Below, one piece after another: positions 1-9,518 of a stretch of DNA of 64,000 nt. Numbering within the stretch: the first letter of the stretch is position 1; every line of letters begins with the position of its first letter. The DNA is from Sedimentisphaerales bacterium (GTDB taxonomy: Bacteria; Planctomycetota; Phycisphaerae; Sedimentisphaerales; Anaerobacaceae), in contig OY970194.1 of assembly GCA_963708075.1 (NCBI GenBank), positions 4,672,001 to 4,736,000 on the forward strand. Direction: 5' to 3'. The notes below the pieces were generated by a model, which was not told the origin of the DNA, did no database searches, and was given only the letters and a program-made list of their open reading frames with translations. The translations under genes were made by a program, and so were the position numbers.

Positions 1-110
1 ATCCGCAACTGGACGTGGACGCATCCCGCGTCATAGCTCGGCAATATGACTGCGAGCTGGTGCGAACCTGAGAGTCTCTAACGCAACGAAGGCGTGGAGG
101 CCCTCAATAT

Positions 111-181
111 GTCATTCCCGCGCAGGCGGGAATCCAGCCACGCACCGAGCTGTTCTGGACCCCCGTCTGCGCGGGGGTGAC
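111..181. repeat. REP-like palindrome pair (GTCATTCCCGCG-AGGCGGGAATCCA family)
   Basis: GTCATTCCCGCGCAGGCGGGAATCCA followed by an inverted degenerate copy ending GGGGGTGAC; same family at about 7676-7700 and 47486-47511. Confidence 0.75.
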
Positions 182-285
182 ATGGTAAGGTCCGTTGCGT
201 CAGTAGTCCCGGGAAGGCGGGAAGGGAAGGAGGCGGCGAGACTGCCTTCCTTCTTGCCCCCCTGCCTTTCCGCACTCTGATTGTC

Positions 286-957
286 CTATTTGAGCCTTCT
301 GGACCGAAGCCGGCAGGCCAGTCCCGTCCCAAGACCCAGAAGCAGGATCGTCATGGGCTCCGGAATAGCGGTGATCTGGCCGCTCAATGTCCCTGTCGCC
401 CGGCCTGATCGGGTCAGGATGAGGTCATGCAGGTTCACACTGCCCGTGGCGTCGCCGGAGAAGCTCATGTCCAGCATCAGCCCGCGATTCTCATCTGCGA
501 CCAGTTGGGGGATGACCTGCCCATAATTCGGGTTGTGGAACGTGATATTCAGATCATCCTGCACGTTCGAGTAGGCGACGTAGTTTGCGCCGATGGAAAG
601 CATGCCGCCACTGCCTACGCTGGCCATCATCACCGCCGAGTTGCTTGGGTTGGAGTTGATCTCCAGTGACCCTCGGGGCGTCAGCGTGGCCGTCAGGTGG
701 GTGCCAAAGTCCTGAACGTTACTGAGGTCCATCGTGGGAAGCGTGACGAAGTCGTCATCCAGCGTTGCGTCCGCGGGATTGGAGCTGTCCACGACTGTCG
801 CGCCACGAACGAAGGACAACCTCCAGTTCGTCCCGGTCCAGCGAAGCTCCCAGGCGGCAGTCGACCCGAGCTTCGTGGAGAAATCCAACGAAGTGAGCGC
901 CGGCAGCGGCGCCGTCAACAGCAACACCGCCCCCATGATAAACAACAAGCGTTTCAT
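286..957 (-). CDS. PEP-CTERM sorting-domain secreted protein
   Basis: Signal peptide MKRLLFIMGAVLLLTAPLPA; C-terminus IPEPMTILLLGLGTGLACRLRSRRLK; start reassigned to the ATG at 957 after a GGAGA RBS. Confidence 0.85.
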   Translation of the reverse strand: MKRLLFIMGAVLLLTAPLPALTSLDFSTKLGSTAAWELRWTGTNWRLSFVRGATVVDSSNPADATLDDDFVTLPTMDLSNVQDFGTHLTATLTPRGSLEINSNPSNSAVMMASVGSGGMLSIGANYVAYSNVQDDLNITFHNPNYGQVIPQLVADENRGLMLDMSFSGDATGSVNLHDLILTRSGRATGTLSGQITAIPEPMTILLLGLGTGLACRLRSRRLK

Positions 958-1433
958 ACCTTTCTCCTTTCCTGTCAGTCGTTTGCAGGCCGACTGAGCT
1001 CCTATTCCTTGAACCTGTTTGCTTCGTGAAAATCCCCCGATGGACTTACGGGAGCACCTGCGCGTGCCAATGGGTCCATGTGTGTCCGGGGGCAATAGTC
1101 CTGGTGCCCCGCAGGCGAATGGACATGGAAAAATCGACGTATGTCCCCGAGTGGCGGTGATTTGACGTGGCACATAAAGTCACGAGGCCGTCTGCGCCGC
1201 CCGGCGTGCGCCCGGCGGCAGCCCCTATATTCCCCCCTGAGACTCACAATCATCTCCCCATCAGCCAACGATCGCAAAAGCGCCCCATGACGGGCTGCGA
1301 TACCCCCCAAAATGTCACTGCAACTATAGAACCGTCCTTGTGTTACTCCGTTTCCTGCCAAGACAGGTACAGGCAAAGTCCTGTTCCGGCAGTCCAGGAA
1401 GCGTATGAAGCCTCCCGACGGAGTTCAAGCATC

Positions 1434-2150
1434 TCAGGCAAACGTCCGTTGCCGCAGCCAGCCGGTGAGCAGTGTCCCGATGGCTGTCAGCAGCAGAGCG
1501 CCGGGCGCGGGGATGGGGACGGCGCCTGGGATTCCAGAAAGCCCGCCGCAGGTATTGCCTGTGGCCGTCCTGCCCAGGTCCGATCCCGTCAGCAGAGCGA
1601 ACAGGTCGGTGCTGCCGCTGCTATTGCCGGAGAAATTGATGTCAATGAATCCTCCTGCGGCCTCATCAGCAGCCAGCAAGGGAATCACCGTTCCATAACC
1701 ATCCGCGAAACTGAGGATGTCCAGATCGTCCACCACTGCGGAATATGCCATGAAATTCGCCCCGCCGGTAAGAAACGTGCTGGGCGCCATGGAGGCTGTA
1801 AGCACGGTGTCGCCGGCCGAGACGCCGTCGCCGGCGGCATCCGCCTGGATGGTGAAGTCCCCCACCGGGGTTAGCGTCGCCATCAACACCCCGGGCGCAA
1901 TGACGCTGATGTCACTGAATACCATCGTCGGCAGGTTCACGAAATCACTCAGAAGGGTCGCATCAGCCGGATTGCTGCTATCCACAACGGTGGCGTCGTT
2001 CACGAAGGACATTTGCCAACTGCCCCCGACATTCTGGAGCTGCCACGAGAACGCCGCTCCTTGCCGTGTCGAGAAATCGGCGCTGTTGACCGCCAGCGCC
2101 GGTACAGCCGACAGAAGGGTCACCCAGAAAACGATTGAAATCCGTTTCAT
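1434..2150 (-). CDS. PEP-CTERM-like (PAP variant) secreted protein, paralog of 286-957
   Basis: Signal peptide; shares the TVVDSSNPADATL..DFV.LPTM block with the neighbour; C-terminus IPAPGALLLTAIGTLLTGWLRQR. Confidence 0.85.
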   Translation of the reverse strand: MKRISIVFWVTLLSAVPALAVNSADFSTRQGAAFSWQLQNVGGSWQMSFVNDATVVDSSNPADATLLSDFVNLPTMVFSDISVIAPGVLMATLTPVGDFTIQADAAGDGVSAGDTVLTASMAPSTFLTGGANFMAYSAVVDDLDILSFADGYGTVIPLLAADEAAGGFIDINFSGNSSGSTDLFALLTGSDLGRTATGNTCGGLSGIPGAVPIPAPGALLLTAIGTLLTGWLRQRTFA

Positions 2151-2624
2151 ATCTTTTCTCCTTACACTGTTGCTGCGTTCACCCTATCCCCGGGTCAAGA
2201 CGGTGCCTTTCCAGAGAGCCGATGCTCTTGCTTCGGCGGTGCTCGTGTCTGCTGCATGACCCACGCACAGATACGCGCAACCGCCCTAAGCCTGTCTGCA
2301 CACGAGGGTACGCCTTTTCCATGGTTGCCGTGCATGGCTATTCCTTGTTCTAAGTGCGCTATTCGACTACTCCTTTGTTACCTTTTTCCATGGAAAAGGA
2401 GTATGGGCAAAACCCCTCATTTCGCGGTGTACGAAACTCAGGACTCATGAACCGACAGGCAGTGCACTCCGCAATATGCTCACGCCAAGTAAGGCTTGAG
2501 ATGGATGCAATGGAGCAAAATGCCTATATGCCGTTGACTCGCCTGCACGTACAAGCCCGTAAGAAGGTGCTTCGGCGTGCAAGAGCCGCGAACCCGACCC
2601 CTCAACTATCAGAAAGGAAACAAG

Positions 2625-2810
2625 ATGAACCTGCTGTACTGGGCTCTGATATTTCTCGTCATCGCCGTGATTGCAGGCGTGCTCGGCTTCATAGGGCTTG
2701 CGGCGGCGGCGGCGAGCATCGCGAGACTTCTGTTCTACATCTTCCTCATCATCTTTCTCATCTTCCTGATCCTGGCCCTGCTCGGCCGAAGACCGCCCAG
2801 AGTCCCGTAA
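2625..2810 (+). CDS. DUF1328 (YtjA-like) small membrane protein
   Basis: [40 protein letters not shown] matches the typical DUF1328 pattern; AAAGGA RBS. Confidence 0.85.
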   Translation: MNLLYWALIFLVIAVIAGVLGFIGLAAAAASIARLLFYIFLIIFLIFLILALLGRRPPRVP

Positions 2811-2918
2811 CATCGGTCGCCCCCGAGGTTACGAACAAAACGTTGCAATCGGCGCGTGAAACCCTATCTTAGGGGCTTGGATGCCCGTTCAATGCGGGGT
2901 TTTGCGCAGGAAGAGTGC

Positions 2919-4040
2919 ATGACGAAACGCCTGTTGCCGATTTGCGTTTGCCTTGGCGGCCTGGTTCTGCAGGCCGGCTGCACCGGCACAGCGACTGCGC
3001 CGCCGCAACCCGAGGCGCAGGTCGTCCAGTCCGTTCAACGGCCGCAAGAACCCAATACCGCAGCCGAGCCCAAAGAGGCATCGCCAGAGCCGGAGAGCCG
3101 TGTCGCGGAGCCAAACGAACCTGCGACCAAAATCAAGAAACAAGAGACTACCGAGCCCAATGAAGCAAAGCCTGCTGAACCCAGTATTGTGGCCGTTGAC
3201 AAATCTGACGCCGCAAAACCCGACGCGAATGACAATCCGCAATCCGCAATCCGCAGTCCGCAATCGGCGCCCTCCGTCATCAGTACATACGCGGACCTGC
3301 TCCAAAACAATGTGCGGGAGGACGGCTCGGCGGACTACAGCAGCTTGCGCCGCCGGCGGCTCGAACTGAAGCAGATGCTCATGGAATTGAGCGAGCTGGA
3401 TCCCAATGGCTACGAGAAATGGTCGAATGACGAGAAGCTGGCGTTTTGGATCAACACCTATAACTTGAAGCTGCTCGATATCATCGTGCGGAACTATCCG
3501 ATCCAGTCCTCCTGGTGGCTGCGGCTGACGTGGCCGCCGAGCGACATCCGTCATATCCCCGGGATCTGGACCGATTACAAATTCATCGTGATGGGCGAGG
3601 AGTTCACGCTGGCCGAGGTGGAGCGCCGGTTCTTCCACAGGACGTTCAGCGACCCGCGGGTCTACCTGGCCATCAACTACGCCTGCCGGTCCGGCCCGCC
3701 CGTGCGCCGCAAGCCCTATGAGGGCGAGCACCTCGCTCAACAACTCGACGAGCAGGTCAAGGCGTTCCTCGCCGGTCCCCAAGACTTCCGAATCGACCGC
3801 CAGGCGATGGTCGTGTACCTGTCCGCCATCTTCAAGCCAACGTGGCGGGGCAAGGAATTCGTCGCCCGCTACGGCACGGACAAAAAGTTCAAGGACCGCG
3901 ACCCGGAAACCCGGGCCGTCCTGAATTTCATCAGCGGATACTTATCCCGCGAGGATGCCTACTTCCTTGAGACAGAAAACTACACGATCGAGTACATCAA
4001 CTTCGATTGGCGCCTCAACGACACCTCTCGAGGCTATTGA
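2919..4040 (+). CDS. DUF547 domain lipoprotein
   Basis: Lipobox LQAGC; motifs KLAFWINTYN, DPRVYLAINYACRSGP, LSAIFK, FDWRLN. Confidence 0.8.
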   Translation: MTKRLLPICVCLGGLVLQAGCTGTATAPPQPEAQVVQSVQRPQEPNTAAEPKEASPEPESRVAEPNEPATKIKKQETTEPNEAKPAEPSIVAVDKSDAAKPDANDNPQSAIRSPQSAPSVISTYADLLQNNVREDGSADYSSLRRRRLELKQMLMELSELDPNGYEKWSNDEKLAFWINTYNLKLLDIIVRNYPIQSSWWLRLTWPPSDIRHIPGIWTDYKFIVMGEEFTLAEVERRFFHRTFSDPRVYLAINYACRSGPPVRRKPYEGEHLAQQLDEQVKAFLAGPQDFRIDRQAMVVYLSAIFKPTWRGKEFVARYGTDKKFKDRDPETRAVLNFISGYLSREDAYFLETENYTIEYINFDWRLNDTSRGY

Positions 4041-4101
4041 CCCCGCCTGCCCTGCCACCGGCGAGAGCTGGAAGTGCACAGGCCCAAGCCCCAATTTCCT
4101 C

Positions 4102-5061
4102 TCAGCGTGATTCTTGATGAAAGAAAGTTTCTACCTGCTCCGGGCCCTTGAGATACCCGAGTGCGAATAGGAACTCATCCATCTTCTTAACCGTGTCCAT
4201 GAAGTACTTGTTCTCGCCTCGCCCATAGTTGAAAAAGCCATGTGACTGGCCCGAGTATCCGACGAGTTCACAGCGGTTTCCCTTCTCCTTCATCTTCTCG
4301 GCAAACAACTCGGATGTGAAGTAGGGCACGGTCGTGTCGTCGCGCCCGTGAAAGATGATCGTCGGCGGCTGGCCCTCACGTACGTGATGATATGGGGAGA
4401 GCATCTCCGGCGTAACACCCATCCGCTCCCCGAGCGAGCCGAGCTTGTCCCATGCCCTGTCCCCGCGGCCTTCGATAGGCGCCAGAACCAGTGCAGGGTT
4501 GAACAGAACCAGGGCATTCGGCACCGCAGATACCGATGTATCCTCGCCTTCCTCGTCGAATTCGCGGATCGTCCCCAGAGCGCCGGCCAGATGCCCACCG
4601 GCGGACCCGCCGCCGGCCGCCACACGATTGGGATCGATCCCCAGCCGCTCGGCGTTCTTTCGCGCCCAGCGAATCGCCGATTTCGCATCGCGAAAGCACG
4701 AGACCGCCTGCACCCCGTGACGGCTCTCCACGCGGTATTCGGCGGTCATCGCCACCATGCCCCGCGAGGCCAGATACCTGCACTGCTGCTGAAACTGTGC
4801 GGGCGAGCCATTTCGCCAACCGCCTCCAAAGAAGAAGACGATGGCCGGGCGTCTGTCCCCCCGCTGATGATTCGCCGGCTCAAAGATATGGATCGGCAGT
4901 TCGACATCTCCGATCTTCTTGTAGATCTCGGCCCGGGAGCCCGGAAGCGACCTGGGCGCAGGCGCGGCAGCTTGCCGATTCGCCGCCGCCACCGCAAAAC
5001 CACTGAGCACAATCCCCGCCCCAGCCACAAGAGCCCCGTACCGAATGACACGATTTCGCAT
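4102..5061 (-). CDS. Secreted alpha/beta hydrolase (acetyl esterase/lipase)
   Basis: FFGGGW oxyanion motif, GGSAGG nucleophile, HGRDDTTVP and HGFFN catalytic Asp/His motifs. Confidence 0.85.
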   Translation of the reverse strand: MRNRVIRYGALVAGAGIVLSGFAVAAANRQAAAPAPRSLPGSRAEIYKKIGDVELPIHIFEPANHQRGDRRPAIVFFFGGGWRNGSPAQFQQQCRYLASRGMVAMTAEYRVESRHGVQAVSCFRDAKSAIRWARKNAERLGIDPNRVAAGGGSAGGHLAGALGTIREFDEEGEDTSVSAVPNALVLFNPALVLAPIEGRGDRAWDKLGSLGERMGVTPEMLSPYHHVREGQPPTIIFHGRDDTTVPYFTSELFAEKMKEKGNRCELVGYSGQSHGFFNYGRGENKYFMDTVKKMDEFLFALGYLKGPEQVETFFHQESR

Positions 5062-5219
5062 GCAACGTTCCTCCAATCTGCCTTGGCTGCCCTGTCGTGC
5101 ATCCCCGCACGACCCTCGCCAAGCTATTCATCGCGAACCCGTCGACCGGCATTTCCATGCTAAACTCTAACCCAAGGGCCGGCCCATCCCCTCTCCCCTA
5201 CCCCGTTGACCTACCCCGA

Positions 5220-6260
5220 CTATTGTGCGGTCGCGGGTCGCACATAGAATCGCCACAAGGGTAGATGTTCTCCACGATATTCTTTTGGGATGTTTAGCCC
5301 CAGTGAATCTGGCTGCAGATCAACACCTATTTTGCTGGTGGCATCAAAGATAGCTGTGAACTCTCGGTATCTCATCGATATCATGCTGCTAAGGGGCCCC
5401 AGCATCTCGAAGTCTTGACCTTTGGTTCTCTGGGCCGGTTCGACAATGTAGTCAATAGAAGATAATTGGCCGTTCTGCATATTGGCCACTGGTGCGGCAG
5501 ACTGCCAGTTGCCGTAGAGCATAAGATAGAACGCATAGTCCTTTTCAGTCGCGTCAGTCAAAACATCGTTGCCACACAGCAGTTCGATTCCACCTATTGT
5601 GAACTGCAACTGCCCATCCTGCGTTGGCGTGCAAGGTTTCTTTTTGTCAGGCATTACTCGAAGAACGAGAGGGGGTCTTGTACCTATCGAGAAGTCGCCA
5701 AGTCTGATCATCTCGTTTCTTGGGATCATGTCGACCATGGAGATTGAATACTTGCCCTGTGAGAGCTTCAATCGGAGCGGAGAGACAAGTGTCCAGAGAT
5801 TCCACCGCGACCAATAGATTGCGATCTTCAATTCTGCTCCTGCCAAATCTGCATAGCGCAACAGCTTGTCCAGGTAGTGTTTTCTGAGAGTGAAGACGCA
5901 TGGTGGGTCCCTCTTGTTGCAGTTCTTGACTTCAACGAGTAAGCGAGACTTATCCTTCAGGACAACCATGTAGTCCGGTGGCTGTACGTCTTCTGTATCT
6001 GCTAGAGGGACACCAGTATCCTCGGCTTTGATCAGGAGGCACTCTCCCAGAGAGGCCGCGACATACTGGAACATGTCCTCTGTTCGCAGACCGTGCACAA
6101 GAGCTGGGTTGTCCTTGTGGCGGATAATGGAGGCAGAGATAATGTCGAGGAATTTCTGTTCACTCTGTTCATCCCCAAGAACAAGGTTTTCCTCCCTACC
6201 GATGGCTGCAAACAGCTTCATTACCTCAAATGCTCTTGGGTCTCGTCGAATTCTTCTCAT
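5220..6260 (-). CDS. Hypothetical protein with PD-(D/E)xK nuclease-like motif
   Basis: PPDYMVVLKDKSRLLVEVKN; visibly more AT-rich than the core genes. Confidence 0.6.
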   Translation of the reverse strand: MRRIRRDPRAFEVMKLFAAIGREENLVLGDEQSEQKFLDIISASIIRHKDNPALVHGLRTEDMFQYVAASLGECLLIKAEDTGVPLADTEDVQPPDYMVVLKDKSRLLVEVKNCNKRDPPCVFTLRKHYLDKLLRYADLAGAELKIAIYWSRWNLWTLVSPLRLKLSQGKYSISMVDMIPRNEMIRLGDFSIGTRPPLVLRVMPDKKKPCTPTQDGQLQFTIGGIELLCGNDVLTDATEKDYAFYLMLYGNWQSAAPVANMQNGQLSSIDYIVEPAQRTKGQDFEMLGPLSSMISMRYREFTAIFDATSKIGVDLQPDSLGLNIPKEYRGEHLPLWRFYVRPATAQ

Positions 6261-6289
6261 GTCAAACGCCTATGGGTGACCACACGCAC

Positions 6290-7423
6290 CTATCTCACGA
6301 GTGCATACCGAATAAGTGGCAAGAGTATCCCGCAGATGAGGACGCTCCCAATTAGGAACCGGCGTAACCACGCGATCTCTTCACTGCGTTTTACACCCTC
6401 GCCAATTTCAAATATGACTCTTGGAAAGAGAGGCGACGTCCACATCGCAATTATGATAAGAGAATACCCGAATACCCAGCCACCAATAACTCGAAGGCTA
6501 GTACCGACAATTGGATGGTGGTGATGTTTTAGCATCTCATTGAGCCTATCGACCGCTGCGACCGTATTCGCATCGACATGAGCGCCGTTTGCCACCGCGG
6601 TATCATACACGCTAACTGCAGATTCAGCGGCAGCGTGCCATTCTTGATATCGTCCTTGGTCATAGATCGCCCCAAGTACTATAAGCAGCGCGCCGACTAG
6701 GAGAATCATGTGAGCTACAATGGATGGGACTCTGCGAATAATCGATCCGGACCGATCAGTCAGTCTCCTGAGACGGGAATACCAACACCTTATGTTTGCA
6801 CATTCCGCGGTGATTGATGCGGAAATCTCCTCGAACCCGCTTTCTGAGTTACCGGCGATCAAAAACACTATGGAATGAAAGGAGTAGATTCCGACATCAT
6901 CAAGCCACATAGAGGTCAAGCCTTCCGAGCTCCTCACTTGGATGCTGATGCCTGTGATCCTGCCCACCCGAGGGTTCCTCAATTCGAGGACCTCGCGGAC
7001 GGAAGCATATTGCTGTGCACCTTTACCAGAAAAGACCACTATTACTCTCTCACTATGTGTTGTGCCCGTGCCGAAACGCGTAACCGCGTTGAGCATTAAG
7101 GCCTCAAGGGCCAACAGCGATTCTCCCGTGACAACAAAAGCCCCGTACACCTCCTCTTTGCGAACACATCGCCAATCCGAGTCATCTGAGAAACCCAGCA
7201 GGAATTTGTCGAGTTTGTCTATTGTTTCTGTCATATGTGCAGCATGTAGCTGGGGAGCCACATCCACACCTTCCGCATCTTCTCCCAGTAGGCCCACTCT
7301 CCGGACCGAAGACCCTTTAGCATTCGACAGCACCACTTGGTTCCGGAGTAACAACCCCAATTGTAGAGTCACGCCGACAAAGATACAAAGAGAAACCAGG
7401 AAACGGCGAATCACACCAGACAC
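6290..7423 (-). CDS. Hypothetical membrane protein (start uncertain; alternative ATG at 7234)
   Basis: 377-aa AT-rich ORF with several hydrophobic segments, co-oriented with the nuclease-like ORF and 29 bp from it. Confidence 0.55.
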   Translation of the reverse strand: MSGVIRRFLVSLCIFVGVTLQLGLLLRNQVVLSNAKGSSVRRVGLLGEDAEGVDVAPQLHAAHMTETIDKLDKFLLGFSDDSDWRCVRKEEVYGAFVVTGESLLALEALMLNAVTRFGTGTTHSERVIVVFSGKGAQQYASVREVLELRNPRVGRITGISIQVRSSEGLTSMWLDDVGIYSFHSIVFLIAGNSESGFEEISASITAECANIRCWYSRLRRLTDRSGSIIRRVPSIVAHMILLVGALLIVLGAIYDQGRYQEWHAAAESAVSVYDTAVANGAHVDANTVAAVDRLNEMLKHHHHPIVGTSLRVIGGWVFGYSLIIIAMWTSPLFPRVIFEIGEGVKRSEEIAWLRRFLIGSVLICGILLPLIRYALVR

Positions 7424-7431
7424 TCAGCGCG

Positions 7432-7770
7432 GCCCATTCGACTTTGCTCTGGGCAGGCTCATCGGCCACGATCAGGATCACTTCACGCGGAGACGCGGAG
7501 GCGCAGAGAAGAAGCAGGCAAGGACACATTTCACACTCTGCGTCCCCGTTCGACTTCGCTCGGGGCGGGCTCTGCATCCGGGCGTGAGAAAACAAGATTT
7601 GAGAGTCCGCATGGGCTAAGAGCCCATCTTGCGAATCCTCGGTGTCCTCGGTGCTCTCTGTGGCTGAAAGAGCCTGGATTCCCGCCTCCGCGGGAATGAC
7701 ATTGTCGAAATCCGTGTCCATCCGTGTGAATCCGTGTCTCAGAAGATCGGTGTGCGGTGCACACCCTACG
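7432..7770. repeat. Cluster of several REP-like and short periodic repeats
   Basis: Two TTCGACTT(T/C)GCTC copies, CACGCGGAGACGCGGAGGCGCAGAG, ATGGGCTAAGAGCCCAT, CTCGGTGTC 9-mers, ATTCCCGCCTCCGCGGGAATGAC, ATCCGTGT repeats, GTGCACACCCTAC. Confidence 0.75.
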
Positions 7771-8010
7771 TGTCACAGGATAAGCACAACTGATAATTCC
7801 CACAGGTTTTCAGATAGTCTCTTAGCCCTTGCGGGGCAAGAGGTTATAGACAACCGATGGCCCTGGAAGGTTCCTTACTTGACAAACTCGTGCCGTGAGT
7901 TATACCGTGGCTAACGTCGCGGCAAGGCGGCGTACGGCGGCCTGGGTGCGGCCGGCCGCCGGTGACAAGTGAACGAGTGCGGATGGGGCAGTGGGCAGTC
8001 CGTGCCGGGG

Positions 8011-8745
8011 TTCTGTGGAACAAAGCCAATGGGCGGCCAGGGGCCCGTGGAGTGCGGAATGCGGAGTGCGGAGTAGAGGCCGAATGTGTGGTACAAAGCC
8101 AATTTGAGGAGTCCCAGGACGGCCATCGGCAAGCGGCGCTTGCCGCTGCCACCCAGCCCGGAGTGGTGAGCGGTTCTGCAAAACAAAGCCAATCGGTGGG
8201 CCAAGGGGCCGTGGGACTGCGGATTGAAGAGCAGGGCAGCGTGTTCCGAAATCCTGTGGAACAAAGCCAGTCGAAGGAGGTTCAAGTGGGAAGTCTGAAG
8301 TGTCAAGTAGCACCCCCGCCCCCGGGGGTGACCCCAGCCGAGGGCGGCTGGGCCACAGGGGAGCCGCCCTGCCGTGCGAAACAAAGCCAATTTGCGGATC
8401 GGGGCCTGTGGGTCGGGGGGCGGGGTGGCGGGTCATGGAACCATTGCCTCGGCCCTGTGCCAAATGCCTGACGGCGTCACTATGAAAGGGATGGATTCTC
8501 CAAAACAAAGCCAGTCTGAGGGGTCACAAGACGACCATCGGCAAGCGGCGCTTGCCGCTGCCACCCGGACTGGGGTCGGGCGGTTCTGCGAAACAAAGCC
8601 AATCGGCGGGCCAGGGGTCCGTGGAGTGCGGAGTAGGGGCTGAATGTGCGAAACAAAGCCAACTTCCGGAAGGGCTTTCATGCGAAACAAAGCCAGTTTG
8701 TGGGACCGGGGCCTGTGGGTCGAGGGACGGGGTGGCGGGTCAGGA
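8011..8745 (+). repeat. Array of nine ACAAAGCCA core motifs with modular variable spacers
   Basis: Cores start at 8020, 8093, 8183, 8261, 8381, 8505, 8593, 8653 and 8687. Confidence 0.9.
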
Positions 8746-8872
8746 GGGCGTGGCCTCGCCCCCTGCCAAGGCGGGACTTTTCGCTTGACCTGCCCCTTGC
8801 CTACGGTACAGTGTGACCATCTGAAATTGATGAGCACGTGGATGGTATCAATTCATTTGAAAGGAACCTGCA

Positions 8873-9313
8873 GTGAGACTCGAAAAGCGTGATGTCTTGT
8901 CATACCTCGTGGTCCTGGGCCTGTCGATCAGCCTCGGGTGCAGTAAGAAGAGTGGCGAACCGACGACTCCAAGCACGCAGGAAACACAGACACAGGCACC
9001 GGCAGCGAGTGTGGATACGGAGAAGCCCGTCGCTGAAATCCAGGCACAAACGGAGACCATGAGTGTCGATGCCCTGAAGGCCACGGCGATCAAGTACAAA
9101 GACGCCATCACCGCCAAGCAGGCAGAGATCGAGAAAGTGGTTGCCAAGATCAAGGAGATCCCGATTACCCAGGCCCTCGGACAGGAGGCCAAGACGGTCA
9201 AGACCGACCTCCAGAATCTTGAAACCTCTTTGAAGGCCCTGAAGGATCGCTTTCAGGTGTACTACGAGGCTCTGAAGAAGAAGGGCGGCGACTTGTCGGG
9301 CCTCACCTCTTAG
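8873..9313 (+). CDS. Lipoprotein, coiled-coil
   Basis: Lipobox SLGC followed by a Lys/Glu-rich helical region; TTGACC-N16-TACAGT promoter at 8785-8812. Confidence 0.75.
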   Translation: MRLEKRDVLSYLVVLGLSISLGCSKKSGEPTTPSTQETQTQAPAASVDTEKPVAEIQAQTETMSVDALKATAIKYKDAITAKQAEIEKVVAKIKEIPITQALGQEAKTVKTDLQNLETSLKALKDRFQVYYEALKKKGGDLSGLTS

Positions 9314-9518
9314 GAATGGTCGGGGCTTGTCACGACCGACAGAACGCCGGCGAATCCACGAGAGTCAGAAGCTTCAGGTATTTCTTCCGGGTCTTCCTCC
9401 GGGCCTCAACGTGGACTGGAATTTGAGACTCGTAGCGGTCGATGTCATCCAGCGGGCATCGCCAAGCGTGGCTCCTCGCCGGATACTGTTTCCTGACACC
9501 TTTAATTCGGATCGCGGA

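Noticed and set aside
1053..1070. Sigma54 promoter upstream of the PEP-CTERM gene (TTGGCACG...TGC)
   Set aside because: GG-to-GC spacing is one base too long; the similar site at about 11339-11354 is one base too short.
5220..7423. Integron cassette array
   Set aside because: No attC-like RYYYAAC...GTTRRRY structure between the genes and no integrase in the window.
8011..8745. CRISPR array
   Set aside because: The conserved core is only about 9-16 bp, spacing varies from 34 to 124 bp, spacers are reused and no cas genes are present. Reported instead as a different kind of array.
7844..8837. ORFs across the ACAAAGCCA array
   Set aside because: The core appears as NKAN, KQSQ or TKP in different frames, with no RBS or coherent protein.
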